A stretch of 64,000 nucleotides of DNA. It comes from Candidatus Microgenomates bacterium. GTDB lineage: Bacteria; Patescibacteriota; Microgenomatia; Daviesbacterales; UBA10151. Below, one piece after another: positions 56,809 through 63,966 of this stretch (position 1 is the stretch's first letter; each line of letters opens with the position of its first letter). Under the pieces are notes generated by a model that was not told the origin of the DNA, searched no databases, and saw only the letters and a list, made by a program, of their open reading frames with translations. Made by a program: the position numbers and the translations under genes. The DNA lies in NCBI GenBank assembly GCA_016182045.1, contig JACOYE010000008.1, positions 64,502 through 128,501 of the forward strand, given 5' to 3'.

Positions 56809-57264
56809 ATGGAAAGTTCTGAAGTACCAAGTAAAGGAATTAAAGGACTGGAAAAAGTTAAAAGAGGGCTTTCAGAGCTGGGAAACTATTTTAAGGAAAC
56901 ATTCGGTGTAGGTCCTGATAAAGTACCTGCTGAAAAAATTGATCAAGCAGCAGTGGCCAAAGTAATTCTTTATGACACCTTGGCAGAGGGTATGCGTTTG
57001 GGAGATCATTCCCAAATCCCCTTCTCTTTAACTACCCTGCTTGACAACATGGGCCATGTAGTCATGTCCCCAACAGATAATCCCAGAGAGAAATTTCCAG
57101 ATGAATATTTGGCAGTTAGAAGGCAGCTTGATATATTGGTGGGGGACAACATTTTAGTAATTGTTCCTCTTAAGGAACCTGACTCTAATGGAGAAAGACT
57201 TTATTATCAAGTTGTTAACAAAGATGCCTTAAAGAAGATTGCTTCAAAACAATCTCAAAAGTGA
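56809..57264 (+). CDS. hypothetical protein
   Basis: 151 aa; no family. Confidence 0.4.
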   Translation: MESSEVPSKGIKGLEKVKRGLSELGNYFKETFGVGPDKVPAEKIDQAAVAKVILYDTLAEGMRLGDHSQIPFSLTTLLDNMGHVVMSPTDNPREKFPDEYLAVRRQLDILVGDNILVIVPLKEPDSNGERLYYQVVNKDALKKIASKQSQK

Positions 57265-57290
57265 GGGCGGTAACCTTAGTTCTCGACTGC

Positions 57291-57318
57291 TTGACAAAAC
57301 TATAGTATGTGATACTAT
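57291..57318 (+). promoter_or_regulatory. sigma70-like promoter (TTGACA-16-TACTAT) ~12 nt upstream of the FabD-like ATG
   Basis: read directly. Confidence 0.4.
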
Positions 57319-57330
57319 GGTAGCCTCATT

Positions 57331-58335
57331 ATGGTAGAAACAGCAACACTAAAAAGACCTGCCTCATCAACTGCTGAGTCTTTGGAAATACCAGCTGCCA
57401 TTCTTTTCCCAGGACAAGGACTTCCACCAAAAGAGATTTGTTCCTACTATCAATTATTAACTGAACTAAATCCTGCCTTAACCACAAGGTATCTATCTTT
57501 GGCCCAGCAAGCACTGGAAAAAATCTCAGGTTCCCCCAGTTTTAACATTGAGACAGCTTTAAAAGATGCATCTTCACCTGATTTTAGAAAAACCTCCTTT
57601 GTCCAACCGGTAGTGTATTCTTTAAGTGTGCTCGCTTATGAAATAATGCGACCCAGATTAAGAGAGAGGAATATTATTCCCGATGTTATGGCCGGACACA
57701 GCCTTGGTGAATATTCTGCCATGACCGCGGCAGGTGTTTTTCCCTTCGAGGAAGGAATTGAAATTGTCACCTATAGAGGTAAGGTTATGCAAGAAGCTTG
57801 TGATGAGAATGAAAGTAGTCTAACCAGCATCAGCGGTCTAAATTTAGAAACGGTTCGAGATGAGATTTGCTTCCAAACTGGGGCAGAAATAGCTTTAGTT
57901 AATGCTCCTGATTTAATAGTGGTTGGTTCCCGTCCTGATCAAATTCCAAAAATTAAGGCAGTGGCTGATCAAATAGCAGGACAAAGTGTGAGGGTTGTAA
58001 CACTTGAGACAGCGGGAGCCTTCCATACACCTTTTATGATACCAGCGGCCGTAAATCTGGCAAGATTTTTAGCAAATTATGAATTTACCGATCCGCAATA
58101 CCGATTCGTCAATAATTATACAGGAGGTTTAGTAGAAAGCGGTGTAACTTTACGTGATCATTCATCAGAGAGTATGACCAGGCCAGTTTGGTGGGCTAAA
58201 TCTTTACAAACTATGAAAGAGTTAGGGAGTAAGACCTTTTTAGAATCAGGCCCAGGTGTGTCACTGAAACAAATAAATAAGAGAAATGGTATTGGAGAGG
58301 ATCAAACCAAAAACATAGTTGATATTTCCCCATAA
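57331..58335 (+). CDS. fabD: malonyl-CoA:ACP transacylase-like acyltransferase
   Basis: 334 aa; ILFPGQG and GHSLGEYSA motifs. Confidence 0.75.
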   Translation: MVETATLKRPASSTAESLEIPAAILFPGQGLPPKEICSYYQLLTELNPALTTRYLSLAQQALEKISGSPSFNIETALKDASSPDFRKTSFVQPVVYSLSVLAYEIMRPRLRERNIIPDVMAGHSLGEYSAMTAAGVFPFEEGIEIVTYRGKVMQEACDENESSLTSISGLNLETVRDEICFQTGAEIALVNAPDLIVVGSRPDQIPKIKAVADQIAGQSVRVVTLETAGAFHTPFMIPAAVNLARFLANYEFTDPQYRFVNNYTGGLVESGVTLRDHSSESMTRPVWWAKSLQTMKELGSKTFLESGPGVSLKQINKRNGIGEDQTKNIVDISP

Positions 58336-58357
58336 CTTTTGTTATACTTGACAAAGT

Positions 58358-58381
58358 GGGTCGAATAATCGACCCTTTTTT
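58358..58381 (+). terminator. Rho-independent terminator-like hairpin GGGTCGA-ATAA-TCGACCC + TTTTTT
   Basis: read directly; 22 nt after the FabD-like stop, 6 nt before secE. Confidence 0.5.
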
Positions 58382-58386
58382 AATAA

Positions 58387-58581
58387 ATGCCCAACATTAT
58401 TTCATTTTTTAAAGAAGTTAGGGAAGAGTTAAATAAGGTGGCCTGGCCCACCAGGGAACAAACTGTCCGCTATACCATTTTGGTGGTTTTAGTAGCAGTT
58501 GTGGTGGGATTATTCTTAGGAGGCCTGGATTATATCCTAACTGCTCTCACCTCTTTTATATTAGGAAAATATGGACGATAA
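58387..58581 (+). CDS. secE: preprotein translocase subunit SecE
   Basis: 64 aa; amphipathic N-term (KEVREELNKVAWPTREQ) + single TM; immediately upstream of nusG. Confidence 0.75.
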   Translation: MPNIISFFKEVREELNKVAWPTREQTVRYTILVVLVAVVVGLFLGGLDYILTALTSFILGKYGR

Positions 58582-59275
58582 GAATCAGAACAACTCAGAA
58601 AACTCAGATAAATCAGAAGATCAGATTGTCACTGAGTCAGAAAGCCAGAACGAGCAAGTATCTGACACTCTGGTTTCCTCTGATACCTCTGATTCTTCTG
58701 GCACACCGAGTCCTTCTGAGTCTTCCGAAAAACCAACCAAACCTGACAATCCCAATGCCAAATGGTATGTAGTCCATACCTATTCCGGGCATGAAAATAA
58801 AGTGGCAGCCACCTTAAAGCAAAGAATTGAATCGGAACATTTGGAAAATAAAATTTTTGAAGTATTAGTACCCATGCAGGATAAAATTGAGATCAAATCC
58901 GGTAAAAAGATGACTGTCAAGGAAAAAATCTTTCCCGGTTATATTCTGGTAAAAATGCTCCTGGATGATCAATCCTGGCTGGCGGTCAGAACTACCCAGG
59001 GAGTGACTGCCTTTGTGGGCATGGGTAATAAACCCACTCCTATTTCCGATCAGGAAGTGCAAACCATAGTTAAGTTTACTCAAGAGGAAGCCCCAACTTT
59101 CAAACAAGTGTTTGCTACCGATGATACTGTTAAAATAATAGACGGTCCGTTTGCCGAGTTTATCGGAAAAGTGGATTCTGTAGATCAGGAAAAAGGAAAG
59201 GTCAGGGTTCTGGTCTCCATATTTGGTCGCGAGACACCAGTGGAATTAGATTTTTTGCAAGTGCAGAAAATATAA
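58571..59275 (+). CDS. nusG: transcription termination/antitermination factor NusG (with ~60-aa acidic Ser/Asp-rich N-terminal extension)
   Basis: NGN domain (KWYVVHTYSGHENKV) and KOW domain (…GKVDSVDQEKGKVRVLVSIFGR…). Confidence 0.9.
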   Translation: MDDKNQNNSENSDKSEDQIVTESESQNEQVSDTLVSSDTSDSSGTPSPSESSEKPTKPDNPNAKWYVVHTYSGHENKVAATLKQRIESEHLENKIFEVLVPMQDKIEIKSGKKMTVKEKIFPGYILVKMLLDDQSWLAVRTTQGVTAFVGMGNKPTPISDQEVQTIVKFTQEEAPTFKQVFATDDTVKIIDGPFAEFIGKVDSVDQEKGKVRVLVSIFGRETPVELDFLQVQKI

Positions 59276-59277
59276 CC

Positions 59278-59343
59278 GTTATAATCGCTCTGCGATTACA
59301 TCGCGACGCTTCTTGTAACGCGTTGCGTTATAACAATTATAAT
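59278..59343 (+). ncRNA. structured AT-rich element, copy B (same architecture as 26258-26322), directly upstream of rplK
   Basis: conserved blocks as in copy A; stem sequences CGCGACGC/GCGTTGCG (one G-U, favouring + strand RNA) replace CGTTCAC/GTGAACG of copy A. Confidence 0.45.
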
Positions 59344-59356
59344 AATTATACTAAAA

Positions 59357-59785
59357 ATGGCAGGAAAAAAAGTAAAAACTTACATTAAATTAAACATCCC
59401 GGCAGGCTCAGCTACTGCTGCTCCTCCTGTGGGACCTGCCCTGGGTCAGCATGGTTTACCTATCATGGAGTTTGTCAAGGCCTTTAATGAGAGAACAGCC
59501 GACAAACAGGGTAATATTTTGCCGGTGGTGATCACGGTTTATGAAGATAGGACCTTTTCATTTATCACCAAAGAACCACCTGTTGCGGAAATGGTTAAAA
59601 AAACTTTAGGATTGGAAAAAGGCTCAGGCAGGGCCCTAAAAGAACCTGTGGGTGAACTTACAAAAGAGCAGGTAAAAGCTATAGCTGAAGCTAAAATGCC
59701 GGATTTGAATACCAAAGATATTGAAGCTGCCACAAAAATTGTGGAAGGTACAGCCAAAAGTATGGGGGTAAAGGTGACTCCGTAG
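59357..59785 (+). CDS. rplK: 50S ribosomal protein L11
   Basis: 142 aa; [11 protein letters not shown] signature. Confidence 0.95.
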   Translation: MAGKKVKTYIKLNIPAGSATAAPPVGPALGQHGLPIMEFVKAFNERTADKQGNILPVVITVYEDRTFSFITKEPPVAEMVKKTLGLEKGSGRALKEPVGELTKEQVKAIAEAKMPDLNTKDIEAATKIVEGTAKSMGVKVTP

Positions 59786-59818
59786 GAGTCATCCTGAGCG
59801 ACCGAAGGGAGTCGAAGG
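59776..59818. repeat. GC-rich hairpin-containing spacer between rplK and rplA (GACTCC-GTAG-GGAGTC; CTGAGCGACCGA; GGAGTCGAAG)
   Basis: shares two 10-12-mers with the topA in-frame insert. Confidence 0.45.
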
Positions 59819-59822
59819 ATTT

Positions 59823-60692
59823 ATGGGTAAAACTAAAATTAAGGTTATTGATGCATCTCAGCCTGAGGTTGAGAAAAAGAAAGCCTCTAAAAAGGCAGAA
59901 AAACAGACGATAGAAGATAGAAAATCGAAGGTAGTGGTAGAAGATAGAGAATCGAAGATAGAAGAAAAAGAAAAAGTCCATCCTCAGCCTTCTACTATCA
60001 AAAAACCATCTTCTACCATCCATCATCCATCGTCAAAAAAAGTTAGATCCAAGAAATACCAGCAAGTTATAAAAGACCTGGACAGGACTAAATCCTATAC
60101 CCTCCCCGAGGCAGTTGACATGGTCAAAAAATTAAGCTACGCTAAATTTAATGCCACCTTAGAGGCTCATATAAACACCGCGCAAACGGGTCTACGTGGT
60201 CTGGTCTCCCTGCCCTATGCATCCGGGAAGAAATTACGCATCTTAGCCTTCGGTAAAGGCGCTGAACAATCGGGCGCAGATTTAGTTGGGACTGATGAGA
60301 TAATTGAAAGAATTAGTCAGGGAAAGGTGGATTTTGACTTAATTATAACCACTCCTGAGTGGATGCCCAAGTTGGCCAAAGTGGCCAAAATTTTAGGACC
60401 CAAGGGCTTGATGCCCAATCCCAAAAACGGCACTATCACTCCGCCAGCTGGCGGATCAGCTGACGGATTAAAGAAGGCAATTGAAGGATTTCAGGCCGGA
60501 AAAACCGAGTACAAAACCGAGTCTAAAGCTCCTGTTGTCCACCTTGCCCTGGGAAAATTAAGCCAGCCCACTGATGAACTTTCTCAAAATATCCAGACTC
60601 TTCTTCAAACTATTGGCAAAACCAGAATTAAAAAAGTCTCCCTTGCCCCCACCATGGGCCCATCTGTTAAGCTTGATCTTACAACCATCTAA
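59823..60692 (+). CDS. rplA: 50S ribosomal protein L1 (with ~55-aa Lys/Glu-rich N-terminal extension containing a short tandem repeat)
   Basis: 289 aa; L1 core from …KKYQQVIKDLDRTKSYTLPEAV…; repeat GAAGATAGARAATCGAAG x2 at 59921-59975. Confidence 0.9.
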   Translation: MGKTKIKVIDASQPEVEKKKASKKAEKQTIEDRKSKVVVEDRESKIEEKEKVHPQPSTIKKPSSTIHHPSSKKVRSKKYQQVIKDLDRTKSYTLPEAVDMVKKLSYAKFNATLEAHINTAQTGLRGLVSLPYASGKKLRILAFGKGAEQSGADLVGTDEIIERISQGKVDFDLIITTPEWMPKLAKVAKILGPKGLMPNPKNGTITPPAGGSADGLKKAIEGFQAGKTEYKTESKAPVVHLALGKLSQPTDELSQNIQTLLQTIGKTRIKKVSLAPTMGPSVKLDLTTI

Positions 60693-60756
60693 GATTTCCC
60701 TTCTCAATTTCGGGTCATTGACAAACTAGCTTATAATCTGATAGTCTTTCCGCAAC

Positions 60757-61206
60757 ATGCCATTTGTAGAATTAGCATTAGCCTTAGCACCAGAATATGG
60801 TGCTGCCTACATGAACGAAAGAAAGTCTTCAAGTGCTGAAACTGCCAAAAGCCATCATCGATTTGTAAGCAAAGTTAGAGAACATACGGGAGAGTTGCTT
60901 ATAGCAGCAGGCTTTGTAGCTGCTGCCGCTTTTGGCTTGGGTTCAATTAAAAATGCTGAAGCAGGGGGTAAAATTAACCCAAACGCTACTGAATACGATG
61001 AAACGTGTGCTGTATTTGAGCAAATATATCCTGGAAATGTTGTGGTAAATAATGGTGGTTTTTATGACCAATTATTCGTTTTCTACGAGGATGGTAAGAA
61101 TCAAGGTCGTCTTTGGGCATCTCCAGATTTTAACACAAGACGCTTTCAGAATTTAATAATTTTGCTGGGTGTTACTGAAGAAGATTGTGGTGGAGTTCAA
61201 CTGTAA
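60757..61206 (+). CDS. hypothetical protein
   Basis: 149 aa; sits between rplA and the subtilase where rplJ would be expected. Confidence 0.4.
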   Translation: MPFVELALALAPEYGAAYMNERKSSSAETAKSHHRFVSKVREHTGELLIAAGFVAAAAFGLGSIKNAEAGGKINPNATEYDETCAVFEQIYPGNVVVNNGGFYDQLFVFYEDGKNQGRLWASPDFNTRRFQNLIILLGVTEEDCGGVQL

Positions 61207-61320
61207 CGCGTATGATTTCCTAATTTGATGCAGCTTTCAGAACGCTTCTAAAAAGTACTCTCAATATCCATAAGCTTTTGGCCTCTACACATTTGACAAA
61301 TTCGGTCAGTATTATGAATA

Positions 61321-63225
61321 ATGGATATAGGCATTTTTATGAAATCGGGTTTTTCTTCAGTAATACTTATCTTTCTTTCATCCTTAGGGATTTTGGCCTA
61401 TATCCTACTTTCTTCTTCAGCCTCTTTTAAAGAGGAACTTTTTGGCACCCTTTATCCCAAGCCTTCCTCCAAAGCAATAGGAAAAGCCGAATCTGTTGCA
61501 GATGAGGTGATTGTCAAGTTTAAAGAAGGCACGGATGAGGGCAAAAAAGACAATATCAGAAGAAAACATAATCTTTCCAAAGTGGGAATCATCCCCAAAA
61601 TTGAGGTGGAAAGACTAAAAGTTGCCCCTCCGCTGAAAGAGGCCACAATTGAGCAGCTCAAAAATGATCCCAATGTTCTATTTGCTGAGCCAAATTATCT
61701 TGTTTATCCGGCAGTACTCAAAGGACCAGCCAAGATAGAACCTAATGATCCAAATCTGGCAACTCAGTGGGGAATGTTTAAAATCAGGGCAGCAGATACT
61801 GATACAGAAAATCCCGGCGCCTGGTCTGTGACTAAAGGAAGCAGATCAGTAAAAATTGCCATTTTGGATACAGGCATTGATGAGCGCCATGAGGATTTAA
61901 AAAGGCATGTTGTCTCAAGTGTCAATTTTGCAGATAGTCCCACCACAGATGATATCTGCGGTCACGGTACTGCTGTGGCCGGAGTGGCAGGGGCCTTAAC
62001 TGACAATAGAAGAGGTATCGCCTCTGTGGGATATGACACTTCTTTAATGAATGTGAAGGTACTGGGAGATGGTGATGGAGAAGGTCGCTGTTTGGCTGAC
62101 ACCGCCAGAGTTGCCAATGGTATTGTCTCAGCAGTTGATAATGGCGCCAAGGTGATTAATATGAGCTTGTCTCATCCAGTGGAATCTGCTCTTGAGGAAG
62201 TTGCCATTGATTATGCCTTCAGTCAGGGAGCTGTGTTGATTGCTGCGGCAGGAAATGAGAATACAAGCGATCCAACCTATCCTGCTTTCTACGATAATGT
62301 CATTTCTGTGGCTGCCACAGATTCAAATGACCAAAAAGCAGGATTCTCAAATTATGGCACATCGGTCGATGTGGCAGCCCCGGGCAGCAATATTTACTCA
62401 ACCAAAAAAGGTAACAGTTATGATTACTTCTCCGGCACATCAATTGCCGCACCTTCTGTTTCAGGACTGGCTGCCTTAATTTGGGCCAAGGGAGATTGTG
62501 TCACAAATACCTGTGTCATAAATCAAATTCAGTCAACCTCAGACCCAATAGCAGGCACAGGCAGTTTATGGGTTTGGGGTAGGGTTAACGCATATAGGGC
62601 TGTCACCCAAACCCCTCCTATTATCAAACCTTCCCCTCCACCAATTCAGCCAGCTGACACTGCTTCAGATACCTTTACCAGAGCCAATAATCCCGAATCT
62701 TTGGGTACTACCGAGGTTGGAGGAAAAACATGGACTACGCTTTCCGGCAGATGGGGTATTGATAACAATCAAGCCTACACCTCTGATTCCTGCCAAGACA
62801 TTATCCCCGGTTATTCTGTAGTGGACTGGGGTAAATCAGACGGGATTCTCCAGGTCAAATTGACCACTAACCCCCAAGGCACCAGAATTCCCTTTAGGCT
62901 TTCGGATACTGACAATTTGTATTATGTTTTAACAGAACCCAGATTCCCCGGTGATGTACCAGCTTACGGTCTTTGGAAAAAGGTTAAACCCCAAGGTCAA
63001 CCTTTTGCCCTGGAAACTTTTTTGACCAGATCATCGGGGATCACACCAGCTGATGGCGACATCATCAAATTACAACTTAACGGTTCAAGCATTAAGGTTT
63101 ATGCTAATGGCAATTTAATAATAGATGTTTCTGACAACGCTCTTTCCGGCACTAAATACGGTCTTGGTTACTTTGCCTGTGGCAGTCCGGTCTCTCATTT
63201 TGATGATTTCCTAATCACTCCATAA
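61321..63225 (+). CDS. subtilisin-like serine protease (S8) with N-terminal anchor, I9-like propeptide and C-terminal beta-rich domain
   Basis: 634 aa; catalytic triad motifs DTGID, HGTAVAG, GTSIAAPSVSG. Confidence 0.85.
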   Translation: MDIGIFMKSGFSSVILIFLSSLGILAYILLSSSASFKEELFGTLYPKPSSKAIGKAESVADEVIVKFKEGTDEGKKDNIRRKHNLSKVGIIPKIEVERLKVAPPLKEATIEQLKNDPNVLFAEPNYLVYPAVLKGPAKIEPNDPNLATQWGMFKIRAADTDTENPGAWSVTKGSRSVKIAILDTGIDERHEDLKRHVVSSVNFADSPTTDDICGHGTAVAGVAGALTDNRRGIASVGYDTSLMNVKVLGDGDGEGRCLADTARVANGIVSAVDNGAKVINMSLSHPVESALEEVAIDYAFSQGAVLIAAAGNENTSDPTYPAFYDNVISVAATDSNDQKAGFSNYGTSVDVAAPGSNIYSTKKGNSYDYFSGTSIAAPSVSGLAALIWAKGDCVTNTCVINQIQSTSDPIAGTGSLWVWGRVNAYRAVTQTPPIIKPSPPPIQPADTASDTFTRANNPESLGTTEVGGKTWTTLSGRWGIDNNQAYTSDSCQDIIPGYSVVDWGKSDGILQVKLTTNPQGTRIPFRLSDTDNLYYVLTEPRFPGDVPAYGLWKKVKPQGQPFALETFLTRSSGITPADGDIIKLQLNGSSIKVYANGNLIIDVSDNALSGTKYGLGYFACGSPVSHFDDFLITP

Positions 63226-63275
63226 TAAATAATCGGCCAGTTGACAAGGTTAAATATTTGTGTGAACAATAAATT

Positions 63276-63731
63276 ATGAGCAAAAAACAAGGGGGTTTTT
63301 CTACAATAGGTTGGATGCTTATTGCAATAGCTGGTCTTTTGGCCTTTGTTTTACTTTCCTCAACAGCTCCCCTCAACAACTTACTGTTTAGTAAACTTTA
63401 CCCTAAACCTGCCTCTGAGGCAGCTCCTCCACAAAAAAGTTTTTCTGCCACTCTTACTTTAGATCCCAATCCTGCGGAATGTTGTGGTACCTTTGTTTCT
63501 TCAACTGGTTCTGGATATTACCCCTCAGCTGATGCCTACATAAATATCCTCACTCCTAAATCAACCTATGTTTATACCAGATTTACCAGTTCTTCTGGCA
63601 CCCTTTCTTTTACATTTAATACTGCAGAGCCTGGTACCTACTCTGTTAAGGTTTATCAGAAAAAACCAAAAGGCGGTAAGCTTGTCCAGATGTCTGAAAC
63701 TCCTTTGGATGTAGTTCAGCTATCACCATAA
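63276..63731 (+). CDS. hypothetical secreted protein sharing the subtilase N-terminal motif
   Basis: 151 aa; N-terminus …QGGFSTIGWMLIAIAGLLAFVLLSSTAPLNNLLFSKLYPKPASEA… parallels subtilase …KSGFSSVILIFLSSLGILAYILLSSSASFKEELFGTLYPKPSSKA…. Confidence 0.45.
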   Translation: MSKKQGGFSTIGWMLIAIAGLLAFVLLSSTAPLNNLLFSKLYPKPASEAAPPQKSFSATLTLDPNPAECCGTFVSSTGSGYYPSADAYINILTPKSTYVYTRFTSSSGTLSFTFNTAEPGTYSVKVYQKKPKGGKLVQMSETPLDVVQLSP

Positions 63732-63745
63732 TAATATGCCAAAGG

Positions 63746-63876
63746 TTTTTGATAACCAAACGAGACTTGGTGATGATTCTACAGTACTTGCCACTTTAGG
63801 CAAAACCAGAATCAAGAAGATCAGACTTACCCCTACCATAGGCCCCTCAGTTAAGGTGGATCTGGGAAGTATTTGA
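63746..63876 (+). pseudogene. duplicated 3'-end fragment of rplA (encodes …LGKTRIKKIRLTPTIGPSVKVDLGSI*)
   Basis: close match to the genuine rplA C-terminus …IGKTRIKKVSLAPTMGPSVKLDLTTI* (60600-60692), including a 14-nt identical run GGCAAAACCAGAAT. Confidence 0.6.
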
Positions 63877-63940
63877 ATTTCGTAAAACAATGAGTAGTTT
63901 TTTAGAAAAATGGATATTGGGTAGAAACATAAGTTGGGCT

Positions 63941-63966
63941 CTTGACAGAATATCTTATAAAATGTT
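63941..63966 (+). promoter_or_regulatory. TTGACA…TATAAAAT promoter-like motif heading the region where rplJ would resume
   Basis: read directly; similar cTTGACAa motifs precede many genes in this window. Confidence 0.3.

Noticed and set aside
58348-58353. TTGACA box just before the terminator hairpin upstream of secE
   Set aside because: Its spacing to any -10-like hexamer is 28 nt or more, so it was not called as the secE promoter. The hairpin plus T-tract is kept as a terminator for the upstream gene.
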